Shown here piece after piece: positions 28,773 through 41,014 of a stretch of DNA of 64,000 bases. The notes under the pieces were generated by a model. That model ran no database searches. It saw only the letters and a list, made by a program, of their open reading frames with translations, and was not told the DNA's origin. How positions within the stretch are numbered: position 1 is the first letter of the stretch; every line of letters starts with the position of its first letter. Origin of the DNA: Candidatus Saccharimonadia bacterium (GTDB lineage Bacteria; Patescibacteriota; Saccharimonadia; UBA4664; SCTI01). The position numbers were made by a program, and so were the translations under genes. The DNA lies in contig JBKJLI010000003.1 of NCBI GenBank assembly GCA_046597065.1, forward strand, positions 221,151-285,150, read 5' to 3'.

Positions 28773-31099
28773 TGAAGATTTCAGTAGAGTGGCTCAATCA
28801 GTATCTAGAAAAGCCCCTAACAGCTCGAGCTATGGCCGATGCCATGGAGCTGGCTGGAATCGAGGTCGAAGAGGTTGTCGGTTCTATTAATTTAGATTCG
28901 AAAATCATCACTGGCAAGGTGTTGACAGTTAAACCACACCCCAATGCCGACAGATTAAGATTAGCTGAAGTTGATGTAAATAAATCAACTTTAGTTATTG
29001 TTTGTGGCGCATCAAATCTAGAGGTAGGCCAAGCAGTAGTTGTAGCCCAAATCGGCGCCGAGCTACCGGATGGCACTGTCATAAAAGCCACCGAAATCCG
29101 CGACCAGCTTTCTTACGGCATGTTATGTTCACCCAGCGAACTAGGTTTGAGTGACGATCACAGTGGCATTATGGTGTTGCCGGCAGAAACAGGACTGGGC
29201 CAGTCAGTTTCAGAGGTGATTGGTAGCGATGAGTTAATTGACATTAGCACCGCTGCCAACCGTTGGGATTTAAACTCATATGCCGGAATCGCAACTGAGG
29301 TGGCGGCGCATAGCCACCAAAACACCTTCATTCCGATGCCAGCATCTTTAAGTACCGATGTACCGCTCATCATTGCGTCAGTTAGCGATGCCAAGCTGTC
29401 GCCTCGCTATATGCTGGCTAAGCTGAGCGTTAATATCTCGCAGCCAACACCAGTTGAAATTAAGCAACGCTTAATTGCGGTTGGGATGCGCTCAATCAGT
29501 CCGGTGGTTGATATTACTAACTACGTCATGTTGGAGTATGGACAGCCATTGCATGCCTTTGATGCCGATAAGGTTAAGGGTGGGGTACAGGTTCGTGCAG
29601 CCGACAAGAATGAGGTTTTAATTACTCTTGATAATCAAAAACGTACTCTCACGCCAGATGACATCGTAATTGCTGATGATTCAGGTGCAATCGGTTTAGC
29701 TGGGGTAATGGGCGGTGCAGAAACCGAGATAACACCCGGAACCACCACCGTTTTACTCGAGGCCGCAAGTTTTCCTGGCATTACATTGCGTCAAACCGCT
29801 CAGCGCTTTGGCTTACGCTCCGACGCCTCCTCTCGATTTGAGCGGGGCATACCTACGGCACTACCACCTGTAGCGCTAGCGCGAACCATCGAATTGCTTA
29901 CTAAGCATGCCGGTGCCAAATTAATTGCCGGACCAGCCGAAATTGGAAAGCCGCCTAAGCCGCAAACGGCCATTGCCGTAAGTGCTAAACGTATGTCTGC
30001 CTTTTTAGGTATTAAACTATCGGCCATACAGATAACCACCGAACTGACTCGACTAAATTTCGCTACAAATTCAGATAGCAAAGACCAAGATTTACTTAAA
30101 GTTACACCTCCAAAATGGCGCAATGATGTTTCTACCGACGCCGATGTGGCTGAAGAGGTGATTAAACTGATTGGCTATAATCAGTTACCGGCAACAATCC
30201 CATCCTGGAAGCCAACCAGAGTAGAGTTTGATGATCATTGGGCTCCCATATGGAAAGCCAAGGCTGCTCTACAAGCCAGCGGGCTGTTTGAGTTAACCAA
30301 CTACTCCTTCATCAGTGAGGATCAGATAACCGATTTGGGTTGGGAGCCAAACGATTTCTTAAAACTCAAAAATCCGCTTTCTCGAGAACAGGCCTACCTG
30401 CGACGCGAGCTTTTACCTAGCTTAATAGCCGTAGCCGAGCGTAACCGAAATTACTCCAAGAGCTTCGGCCTTTATGAGCTATCCAAGGTTTACCAGCCTA
30501 GTCGACGCGGTGAGTTGCCTCATGAGCCCCAGCGCCTGATTGTTATGACCGTTGGGTTAGAAAGCTACCGCTGGGCAAAGGCGGTGCTTGATCGTTTGAT
30601 AGCCAGTTTACAGGCCGATGCCAAGCTAACAGTTAAGCCGGCCACCATCGACAAAGAGGTAGTTTGGCCAGGACGCTCGGCCGAGATTGTGGCCGGCAAG
30701 TCACGCATTGGAGTGATTGCCCAACTACATCCGACCCTAGCAAAGCGCCACAAGCTCACAGAAGCCGCCTACTTTGATATTGATTGGTTATCCCTAACTA
30801 AAGCCTCCGGCATTACTAATGCGCCCTTACAGCAGCGTTTTCCGGCTGTCAGTCGAGACATTGCATTTATTATTGATCGTGTAATCACCTGGCAACAAGT
30901 TAAGACTTCACTCGCTAATTATCAGGTTGAGTTTGTCAGTGATTACTATGGTAATGAATTACCGGCCGGCAAAAAGGTTTTAGCGCTTAGGGCAACCTTT
31001 CGATCTAGCGACCGTACTTTAACCGACTCCGAGGCGGACCTTACGGCCAGGGCTATTCTTAAAAAAGTTGTTCAAAACTTTAAAGCCCAGCCTAGATAA
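28772..31099 (+). CDS. pheT: phenylalanyl-tRNA synthetase beta subunit
   Basis: An N-terminal tRNA-binding (EMAP-like) domain, B3/B4 and B5 domains, and a C-terminal FDX-ACB domain. Translationally coupled to pheS. Confidence 0.9.
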   Translation: MKISVEWLNQYLEKPLTARAMADAMELAGIEVEEVVGSINLDSKIITGKVLTVKPHPNADRLRLAEVDVNKSTLVIVCGASNLEVGQAVVVAQIGAELPDGTVIKATEIRDQLSYGMLCSPSELGLSDDHSGIMVLPAETGLGQSVSEVIGSDELIDISTAANRWDLNSYAGIATEVAAHSHQNTFIPMPASLSTDVPLIIASVSDAKLSPRYMLAKLSVNISQPTPVEIKQRLIAVGMRSISPVVDITNYVMLEYGQPLHAFDADKVKGGVQVRAADKNEVLITLDNQKRTLTPDDIVIADDSGAIGLAGVMGGAETEITPGTTTVLLEAASFPGITLRQTAQRFGLRSDASSRFERGIPTALPPVALARTIELLTKHAGAKLIAGPAEIGKPPKPQTAIAVSAKRMSAFLGIKLSAIQITTELTRLNFATNSDSKDQDLLKVTPPKWRNDVSTDADVAEEVIKLIGYNQLPATIPSWKPTRVEFDDHWAPIWKAKAALQASGLFELTNYSFISEDQITDLGWEPNDFLKLKNPLSREQAYLRRELLPSLIAVAERNRNYSKSFGLYELSKVYQPSRRGELPHEPQRLIVMTVGLESYRWAKAVLDRLIASLQADAKLTVKPATIDKEVVWPGRSAEIVAGKSRIGVIAQLHPTLAKRHKLTEAAYFDIDWLSLTKASGITNAPLQQRFPAVSRDIAFIIDRVITWQQVKTSLANYQVEFVSDYYGNELPAGKKVLALRATFRSSDRTLTDSEADLTARAILKKVVQNFKAQPR

Positions 31100-31173
31100 G
31101 ACTAGCCAACAATCAAGCATAAGCGCTATAATGGTTCCATAAGTGGAGAGGGGATCTGCAGCCGCAATCACCG

Positions 31174-32724
31174 TTGGTTGATGTAAATAATCCATCTCAG
31201 CCGGAGCCAATGGCATCGACTGAGTTAACTCATGCTCAAATTTCACCTACTCATATCGATTTAAAGCCCATTGTAACTGCACCAAGCCAACCGATTGTAA
31301 AACCTTTGCCGGCCCAGACCCCCGGCTGGCAGCGTTCGTTGTGGGCCACCGGTGCCGCCGCATTTTTTGTATTAATGGCTGCACAGATTGCCCTTGGATC
31401 TTGGTATAACGGCCGGGTGTTGCCTGGCGTTAAGGTGGCCGATGTTGATCTAAGTAATCTTAACCGGATACAGGCTCGGGACTTACTTATAGCTCGAGTC
31501 CAAAATCATAAAATTAAACTCAATATAGCCGAAAAGGCACTGGAGTTAGATCCAAACGAGGTAGGTGCTAAATATGATATAAACACCACCATAGACCAAG
31601 CCTTTTTACAGGGCCGCAATCAGTGGTTTATGCCGCTTGCAATCTGGCAGACCATTCATCAGTCTCGCTTAAACTATGCCTTTACGGTAGATGGATCAAT
31701 CCAGAACCCACTGGTTACCAAATTGGTAGAGTCTAGTGGTCAGGCTCCGGTAGACGCCTCTATCACCGTGGTTAATGGCAATCCTCTGGTTAAGGCCGAT
31801 AGCAATGGCGTGGCCATTTCGGCTGTCGATATCGCAGCTGCCATTGCTCAACAAGTATCGGATATTGTGCAACCACCAGCCAGCTTACAGCCTAAAGTGC
31901 AACCGGCACGGATACAGGCCAAAGATGTCACCGCAGCGATCGATCAAACAAAGTCTTTTCTAAAAGTGCCGGTAACGATTACCTTCCAGGGGCGAAACTT
32001 TAACCCATCGGCTGCTCAAATGAGTGACTGGTTTACATATGAAAAGTCTCCGCCAGATCAGCCTGCTGGCCTAGTAACCAAGATTAGCTCCGACGGCATC
32101 AAGCATTATTTACAGTCGGTTGCTCTACAAATAAATATCAACCCAACCAATAAAAAGATCCGAGTCGAAAATGGGGTAATGAGCGAGGTTCAAGCCGGCA
32201 AGGATGGTCAACAACTGGATCAAGATTCATTAGCCACCCAAATTGTTAAGGCCGTAAGTAGTAAGCAATCTTTTAGCGGCGAAGCCCAAGTAATACCAGT
32301 GCCGTTTCAAACTGAGTACAATCGCGTTGTTACTTTAGATTACGGAAAGTACATAGAAGTGAATTTAAAATTACAACATATGTGGGTATACCAAGATCAT
32401 CAAGTAATTTTTGAATCACCAATCACAAGTGGTGCTACCGGTGCCGGCTTCCCAACCGTTACTGGGTTGTTTTCGGTGCTTGCCAAGCAGACAAACCGTA
32501 ACTTAAATGGATATGCCATAGGATATAATTACAACGTATTTGTTAAGTACTGGATGCCATTTTATGGCAACTACGGCTTGCATGATGCTAGCTGGAGGGC
32601 AGCCTTCGGCGGACCGGATTATTATTACGGTGGATCGCATGGTTGCGTCAATATGCCCGAAGCCAGCGCCGCATTTTTATTCGGCTGGACTGATGTCGGC
32701 ACTCCGGTTTGGGTGCACAACTAA
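31174..32724 (+). CDS. L,D-transpeptidase (YkuD/ErfK family) with an N-terminal TM segment and a PG-binding-like region
   Basis: The C-terminal catalytic domain carries HDASW...GGSHGCVNM with the conserved His and Cys. Confidence 0.75.
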   Translation: MVDVNNPSQPEPMASTELTHAQISPTHIDLKPIVTAPSQPIVKPLPAQTPGWQRSLWATGAAAFFVLMAAQIALGSWYNGRVLPGVKVADVDLSNLNRIQARDLLIARVQNHKIKLNIAEKALELDPNEVGAKYDINTTIDQAFLQGRNQWFMPLAIWQTIHQSRLNYAFTVDGSIQNPLVTKLVESSGQAPVDASITVVNGNPLVKADSNGVAISAVDIAAAIAQQVSDIVQPPASLQPKVQPARIQAKDVTAAIDQTKSFLKVPVTITFQGRNFNPSAAQMSDWFTYEKSPPDQPAGLVTKISSDGIKHYLQSVALQININPTNKKIRVENGVMSEVQAGKDGQQLDQDSLATQIVKAVSSKQSFSGEAQVIPVPFQTEYNRVVTLDYGKYIEVNLKLQHMWVYQDHQVIFESPITSGATGAGFPTVTGLFSVLAKQTNRNLNGYAIGYNYNVFVKYWMPFYGNYGLHDASWRAAFGGPDYYYGGSHGCVNMPEASAAFLFGWTDVGTPVWVHN

Positions 32725-32846
32725 GGTACTCGGCTTCGTGAGATGTTAATACTTACGGCTTAAGACTGATATGCAAAATATCAATTTTACCCTTATACAC
32801 ATCAACCATAACTGGTATAATTTAGATCAAGAGATAGGGGAAAGAG

Positions 32847-33266
32847 ATGGAGCCAACACCTAATCCAAATAGTAGTCCTGTGCCAGCACAGCCGGTGCCG
32901 GAGTCTCAACTTGTAACAGAAAAGCCGATCATACCAGCCGCTGGTTCACCGGAGCTGCAACCGAGCCAAAATCAAGGCGCGCCCGCCCAAACGCCACAGC
33001 AATCGGTTCAGGCACCTGCGGGCTCACCAATTAGTCAACAGCCAATTGCTCCCGGTGCGCCCGTTCAAGTACCACCACCTGCCCACCCACCCGTGGCCTC
33101 TGACGACGTTGATGTGATCGAAAAGGAGTGGGTTGATCAGGCCGAAAAGGTGATCGAGCAAACCAAGAACGATCCACACGCCGAGGAAGAGGCGGTGGAG
33201 TCGCTGCAGATCGATTATCTGAAAAAGCGTTATGGCCATGATGTTTCAAAACCCAAAGATAGCTAA
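32847..33266 (+). CDS. Pro/Gln-rich low-complexity protein, hypothetical
   Basis: A 139-aa ORF. The first ~90 residues are P/Q/A-rich; the C-terminus is acidic. Confidence 0.4.
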   Translation: MEPTPNPNSSPVPAQPVPESQLVTEKPIIPAAGSPELQPSQNQGAPAQTPQQSVQAPAGSPISQQPIAPGAPVQVPPPAHPPVASDDVDVIEKEWVDQAEKVIEQTKNDPHAEEEAVESLQIDYLKKRYGHDVSKPKDS

Positions 33267-33286
33267 ATGCCCGCAAGTGAGATGAA

Positions 33287-36200
33287 ATGAACAGCGTTAT
33301 CGGCCTAGTTTTTGGTTTTATACTTTTTGCATCGGTATTGGCGGCGGTAGCCTTTTTGGCTTACCGTCGGATATTACGCCGTGCTAAGGGTATTGAGCGT
33401 GGGCTTAAAATGGTGCCGTTGCTTATCCACTTGCCTCCACCAGGTGATAGCGAGGCCGGTACTAATCGCGATGCCCGCGAAATTATGCGCGAGCGAATTT
33501 CGCAGGCCGAGGTACTTTATGATCTGGTGGCTGGCACGGCTCAGCAGGGATTCCGTAGCCGATTTTATGGTCAACGACATCTGGCCTTCGAAATTGTAGC
33601 CTCAAATGGACTAATACACTTTTTTGTGGCTGTTCCGATCGCACTAGTATCTACCATCGAACAAGCTATCCTGACCGCATACCCAGGAACACGGATCGAG
33701 GAGGTTGAGGATCACAACATCTTTAATCCCCAAGGCAAATTAACCGGCACGGTTGGTGGCGAGCTGACCTTAAAACACAGCTACGTATACCCAATTGCAA
33801 CCGCCGAGCAAATGGAGCGCGATCCTATGGAGGCGCTATTAAATGCGTTGTCTAAGCTGCAGCTGGGCGATGGCGCTGGCGTGCAGATTATGCTTCGGCC
33901 AGCATCGAGTGGATGGATTAAGCAGGCTAAAAAACTGGTTGCCAAAAAGCGTCACCAGCGTGGTGGAACTGGCCTGTCTTTTACAGCTAAGGATCTGGCT
34001 AAAGCAGCAGTTAAAGCTCCCGATCAACAGCACGCCGATGCCCAAAAGTACCAACCTAGCAAGCTCGAAGAATCGACCATGCAAATGGTGGAGGATAAAA
34101 TACGTCACCCTGGTTATGAGGTATTAATTAGAGTGCTTGCCTCATCAAGCAGCTACGATCGTTCGCAGATGCTAATGCGTACCATTACTAATTCGTTTGC
34201 CCTATATGAAGCACCGGGTTCAAATGGTTTTCAGTTTATTGAAGGCCGCGACATGCAGGGGTTGGTAACCGCCTTCATCTTTCGTTTCTTTCCGCCCGAA
34301 GTTAAAAGTAACGTCTTAAACACCGTTGAACTATCGGCTCTGTTTCACTTACCCGACTCGCAATTTACGGCAACTTCTCAGGTAGAGCGCCAAAAATCGA
34401 AGCAGGTTGATGGGCCGGTTCAGATGTCGCCAAACGGGTTGTTATTCGGCTATAACTTTTATCGGGGAGTTAAAAAAGAGGTACGGCTGAGCAATGAGGA
34501 CCGTCGCCGCCATACCTACATTATTGGCCAGACCGGAACCGGTAAAAGCACCTTACTCGAAAACTTAGCCGTGCAGGACATGCTTAGCGGTGGTGGCTTT
34601 GCCTTTATTGACCCCCACGGCGATGTAGCGGAGCGACTTATAAGCAAGGTGCCCAAAGAACGGGCCGAAGACGTTATTTACTTTAACCCTGCTGATACTG
34701 AAAGTCCTTTAGGGCTAAACCTGTTTGAGGCGAAGTTACCCGAACAAAAAGACTTCTTAATCCAAGAGTCGCTTAACATGCTTTACAAGTTATATGATCC
34801 GGGCAAGACAGGCATTATTGGCCCCCGGTTTGAGCACTGGTATCGCAACGCCGCCCTAACTCTTATGGCCGATCCTGATGGCGCCAGCTTTATTGAGCTA
34901 CCCAAGGTATTTACCGACACCGAATACTTAAAGCATAAATTTAAGTATTTAAGCGATCCAACCGTAACCGACTTTTGGACCAAAGAAATGGGGCAGACCA
35001 GCGACTATCACAAAAGTGAGATGTTGGGCTGGTTTGTGAGTAAGTTTGGCGCATTTCAAACCAACGAGATGATGCGTAACATCATTGGCCAAACCAAATC
35101 GGCTTTTGATCTGCGCGAAATTATGGATCAAAAAAAGATATTAATTGTAAACCTAAGCAAGGGCCAAACTGGCGAGCTGAACTCTCAGCTCTTGGGCATG
35201 TTGATAGTGATCAAGATACAAGCTGCGGCAATGAGTCGAGCTAGTGTGCCCGAAGACCAGCGACCTGACTTCTCATTATATGTTGATGAGTTCCAGAACT
35301 TTTCGACTGACTCGTTTGCCAGCATTTTAAGCGAGGCTCGAAAATATCACCTTAATCTTATAGTGGCCAACCAGTTCATTGGCCAGCTTACAGACGAAAT
35401 TCGCGAGGCAGTATTTGGAAACATTGGCACAATGGTTAGCTACCGAGTGGGGCCAGAGGACGCCGAGTTTTTGGTTAAACAGTTCCAACCGATTTTTGAC
35501 CAACGCGATTTGGTTAATTTACCCAACTTTAACTCGGTGATTAAGTTGTTGATAGGAGGGCTGCCATCACAACCATTTAGCATGACATCTCTGCCGCCAC
35601 TTGGGCATGTCAGCCCCGAGATGGGGCTTGCGGTTAAGCAGCTAAGTGCGGCCAAGTTTGGTTTGCATAAAGCCGAGGTAGAGGCAGACATATTTGCGCG
35701 ATTGCAAAATAAACCCCGGCCTCAATTAGCCCCGCCATTAGCACCAGTTCCGGTAGCCACACCTGCTCCAGCTGAACCGCAGCTAATGCCACAGCCTCGT
35801 CAAGCACCCCCACCAATTCCTGTATCACAACAAACCCCAGCCCAACCTGTCGCGCCCCAAATTTTACCTGTCGCTGCAATACCAATTGTTGCTCCAACGG
35901 TTGCTTTGCCAGCTGCTGCTCCGGAAGCGATTACGCCACTCGGGCCATCTCAACAAATCGCAAATATTGTGCAATCAACCGTCCCGGTTGCCGCAAGTGC
36001 AGCGCCCCCAGCTCCTGCCAGTTCTTCGATTATGGATGTTGTTGGGGTGATAAAGTCGACGCCAGCGGTTCAGACTAATGTAGCCATTCCGGCTCCGGCT
36101 GCGCAGGCACTAACCCCAGTTGTTATCGAGAGCGTAGATCAGCTAGCCGGCGAAGCTCAGCACGAAATTCAGGATGCTTTAGCGGCGGTTAAGCCGAGCG

Positions 36201-36880
36201 ATATCGCTGAAGACACCACAAATTCTGACGATGAAGAGCCGATCGATGTGCCTGTTTTGCAGCCGGCTACGTTGCCTCCGCCTCATACGGCGCCTATTGA
36301 TGCTGTAATCCGTAACCAACCAGTGGAAACCAACCCGCTGCCTGTTGTGAACCAGCCAGCGCCAGTACCAACTCCAGTCCCGATAAACCCCATTTCTATT
36401 ACACCTTTAGTGGTTCAGCCACCAGAAGTTGCAATTCCAGCACCAGCTCCTCAACCGATACCGGTAGCCATTGATATACCCGTTTCGATTACTCCTGCGG
36501 TTCCTCCTCCGCCAACGCCAACCCCAAACCCAGTACAAACACCAGCTCCAGCCCAGGTATCAACTCCATCCCAATCAATTCAACCTACTGCCTCAGCCAA
36601 CGACGTCGCCGCCGCCAAGACCATGATCGCAACACATAAAACCAAGCAGATTAATCCAATCAATCCAGTTCCGGTGGCTCCTTCTTATGCTGCTATTGCA
36701 GCACCAAAGGCTTCGAGTATGCAACCAAACACCACCCTAGAGCCCTCAACTAACCCGGTAGTAGCGCTGCCCACACCAGCACCAAAACCCCATGCCGTAC
36801 CCGATCCTATCGATGCCAAGCCCACGTTACGCCCAGGAGAGATCTTTGTAGATGATGATGGTAACGTCGTTCAGGGCTAG
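33287..36880 (+). CDS. membrane-anchored P-loop ATPase of the VirB4/VirD4/TraG (AAA_10/DUF87) type with a ~400-aa proline-rich C-terminal tail
   Basis: An N-terminal TM segment. Walker A GQTGTGKST, an adjacent IDPHGD motif, and the Walker B LYVDEFQNF. From residue ~780 to the end the protein is low-complexity, P/A/V/Q-rich sequence. Confidence 0.55.
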   Translation: MNSVIGLVFGFILFASVLAAVAFLAYRRILRRAKGIERGLKMVPLLIHLPPPGDSEAGTNRDAREIMRERISQAEVLYDLVAGTAQQGFRSRFYGQRHLAFEIVASNGLIHFFVAVPIALVSTIEQAILTAYPGTRIEEVEDHNIFNPQGKLTGTVGGELTLKHSYVYPIATAEQMERDPMEALLNALSKLQLGDGAGVQIMLRPASSGWIKQAKKLVAKKRHQRGGTGLSFTAKDLAKAAVKAPDQQHADAQKYQPSKLEESTMQMVEDKIRHPGYEVLIRVLASSSSYDRSQMLMRTITNSFALYEAPGSNGFQFIEGRDMQGLVTAFIFRFFPPEVKSNVLNTVELSALFHLPDSQFTATSQVERQKSKQVDGPVQMSPNGLLFGYNFYRGVKKEVRLSNEDRRRHTYIIGQTGTGKSTLLENLAVQDMLSGGGFAFIDPHGDVAERLISKVPKERAEDVIYFNPADTESPLGLNLFEAKLPEQKDFLIQESLNMLYKLYDPGKTGIIGPRFEHWYRNAALTLMADPDGASFIELPKVFTDTEYLKHKFKYLSDPTVTDFWTKEMGQTSDYHKSEMLGWFVSKFGAFQTNEMMRNIIGQTKSAFDLREIMDQKKILIVNLSKGQTGELNSQLLGMLIVIKIQAAAMSRASVPEDQRPDFSLYVDEFQNFSTDSFASILSEARKYHLNLIVANQFIGQLTDEIREAVFGNIGTMVSYRVGPEDAEFLVKQFQPIFDQRDLVNLPNFNSVIKLLIGGLPSQPFSMTSLPPLGHVSPEMGLAVKQLSAAKFGLHKAEVEADIFARLQNKPRPQLAPPLAPVPVATPAPAEPQLMPQPRQAPPPIPVSQQTPAQPVAPQILPVAAIPIVAPTVALPAAAPEAITPLGPSQQIANIVQSTVPVAASAAPPAPASSSIMDVVGVIKSTPAVQTNVAIPAPAAQALTPVVIESVDQLAGEAQHEIQDALAAVKPSDIAEDTTNSDDEEPIDVPVLQPATLPPPHTAPIDAVIRNQPVETNPLPVVNQPAPVPTPVPINPISITPLVVQPPEVAIPAPAPQPIPVAIDIPVSITPAVPPPPTPTPNPVQTPAPAQVSTPSQSIQPTASANDVAAAKTMIATHKTKQINPINPVPVAPSYAAIAAPKASSMQPNTTLEPSTNPVVALPTPAPKPHAVPDPIDAKPTLRPGEIFVDDDGNVVQG

Positions 36881-36881
36881 G

Positions 36882-37457
36882 CTAGTAACGGCGCGAACGA
36901 AACAGGGTTTTATAGAGAGCTTCTAAAAGCAGGCCAATAATTCCACCAACTACTAGACTCAGCAGGATCTCTGAGCCGCGCAAGGGGTAGCCGTAATTGC
37001 GCGCAAACAAATAAAGTGTCCCGCCCACCAGCAGGGCGCAGGTCGTCGCACCTAGGCTAACTGAAGGCCTTAGCACAGTCTTACCAACAACCTCACTGGC
37101 GGCCTCGATAGCGGGGGAGTGAATAATCTGGCTAAAACGCCGCTGTGCCGGTTTCATTCGGTGACGCAAGCCAATCATAGTGTGCTTAAAGCTTAGCTCT
37201 CTAGTAAGTACTGGGCGCTGGGGTGCACCCTCAGATTTTGAGCCAGTCTCATGAGGTGATGCTTGATGTTCAGCATGGGCCAGTTTTTCGCGGGCTGCTA
37301 TTACCTCGGATTTACGATCAGGTGACTTTTCGGCCCCTCGCTCACCGCTTTGGCGCAAGCGCTCGGCGGCCATCCGTTCTAGCTCGCCATGGTTCGGCCG
37401 CTGATGTTCGGGTGAGTGGGTTGGCATACGCTCAGACATTATCACCCCCACTGCCAT
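36882..37457 (-). CDS. hypothetical protein with a C-terminal TM anchor
   Basis: A charged N-terminal region and C-terminal hydrophobic helices. The start is uncertain. Confidence 0.4.
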   Translation of the reverse strand: MAVGVIMSERMPTHSPEHQRPNHGELERMAAERLRQSGERGAEKSPDRKSEVIAAREKLAHAEHQASPHETGSKSEGAPQRPVLTRELSFKHTMIGLRHRMKPAQRRFSQIIHSPAIEAASEVVGKTVLRPSVSLGATTCALLVGGTLYLFARNYGYPLRGSEILLSLVVGGIIGLLLEALYKTLFRSRRY

Positions 37458-38748
37458 GATGATCGCCGCGCAGAATAGAGACTTCCATCAAGAGTTGTCG
37501 ATTACGCAGGTAGAAGTACACGATTAAGCCGAACAGTAGCATCACTACCACAGAACCAAGGCCGGGACCGGTTTGAGGCAGTGCCTCTGTGGCTACCTCA
37601 ACCTGTTTGGCCGCCGGAACAACGAGGTTTGTGCTAACCAGATTGCCATAGATATTATCCATTTTTAGATCAAAGGATTCTGGGTCGGATGATGATCGTG
37701 GTGTCACCGGAATTGGGTTTTTTACTTTCAGTTGATAGGTCACGGTATAGCTGCTAAGAGCTTTAATGTTAACCTTACCCCAGCTAAGTTCACCATCTTT
37801 AAGCACACCGCCGCGGCCGTCTAACAAACTAGCATATTCAAGGTCGTCGTTTAAGTTTTCGGTTACGACATAGTTATTAGAACCACCCAGGCCAGAATTC
37901 TTCGTTACCAGGGTGTACTCGATGATATCGCCAGCTTGGGCGGTCCCGCCATTAGCGTCTTCGGTACTGCCGCTAGAGTGCTGAATAATGCCGGTTTTAG
38001 ACTGGCTGAGGCTGGGGTTTTCTGGCACCACAACTGGGACAACAGGAGGCGGCGTTGGGGTTGGCGTTGGAGTAGGTTGGGTAGTTGGCGTTGGTGTGGG
38101 AGTTGGGGCAGTTTTGGGCTTGGCTGGCGGTGGTGGGGGCGGAGGAGTCGGATTTGGGGCCGGAGTCACCGGTTTGGCTGGTTTTTCGGGGGTAGTATCG
38201 GTTACAACCAAATTGCCACAGTCATACATTATGGCAAAGTACTTGTTGTCGCTATGGCGTCGGCCCTCAAGCACCTTATAGGTAATGCCGTCGCCCCAAG
38301 TGTAAAGTGGGCGTATGTAGTAAGTGTGGCTACCAATTGTGACCTTTTGATCGAGTACGCTGTGAGTGTTTCGACCCAAAGACTTAAAATTGTGATTACT
38401 TGAGTTTAGGGTGCCATGTGTGGTCTTTTCGATATCTACCTTGTAAACACCGTAGTGGTTAAATAGCGCTCTAATTTCGGAGTTGCTGTCATATATATTT
38501 AGCAGGGTTTTTTGAGGATGCGAGGTGTCGATGCCATTTGAAATAATATTGTTGGTCGACCCAGCATTGGCTGCGTCCGCAGGGGCAATAACTGTCGCCA
38601 GCTGTAGAACTACCAAGCCTCCCGCCATCACCAGTGATAGTTTACGGGTTAACTGCTCCTTGCCTAGTCGGCGCCAGTAATAGGTTAATTGGCTGTTGGC
38701 TGATGGGCTGAAGCTTAAATTTGAGACTAACTTAGAAAATGTCGACAT
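37432..38748 (-). CDS. LPXTG-anchored cell-surface protein with a Pro/Thr-rich stalk
   Basis: An N-terminal signal peptide and a PT-rich linker (PAPNPTPPPPPPPAKPKTAPTPTPTP). The C-terminal sorting signal is LPQTG followed by a hydrophobic segment and RNRQ. Confidence 0.7.
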   Translation of the reverse strand: MSTFSKLVSNLSFSPSANSQLTYYWRRLGKEQLTRKLSLVMAGGLVVLQLATVIAPADAANAGSTNNIISNGIDTSHPQKTLLNIYDSNSEIRALFNHYGVYKVDIEKTTHGTLNSSNHNFKSLGRNTHSVLDQKVTIGSHTYYIRPLYTWGDGITYKVLEGRRHSDNKYFAIMYDCGNLVVTDTTPEKPAKPVTPAPNPTPPPPPPPAKPKTAPTPTPTPTTQPTPTPTPTPPPVVPVVVPENPSLSQSKTGIIQHSSGSTEDANGGTAQAGDIIEYTLVTKNSGLGGSNNYVVTENLNDDLEYASLLDGRGGVLKDGELSWGKVNIKALSSYTVTYQLKVKNPIPVTPRSSSDPESFDLKMDNIYGNLVSTNLVVPAAKQVEVATEALPQTGPGLGSVVVMLLFGLIVYFYLRNRQLLMEVSILRGDHHGSGGDNV

Positions 38749-38824
38749 ATATAATAGACCTTAAGCTTAATTAAACCATTTTGGTTATGCTTTGAGCAAG
38801 GGGCAATCAGCTTAGACCAAGGCG

Positions 38825-38853
38825 TTGCCACCTGTCAGCAAAACCGCTATAAT
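38825..38853 (+). promoter_or_regulatory. sigma70 promoter of gyrB: TTGCCA, 17-nt spacer, TATAAT
   Basis: Read directly from the sequence. Confidence 0.5.
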
Positions 38854-38864
38854 TTAGTTATTGT

Positions 38865-41013
<2,149 letters not shown>

Positions 41014-41014
41014 G

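Noticed and set aside
37936-38403. Gly/Trp-rich + strand ORFs (155 and 97 aa)
   Set aside because: Antisense shadow of the Pro/Thr-rich linker of the LPXTG protein gene on the - strand.
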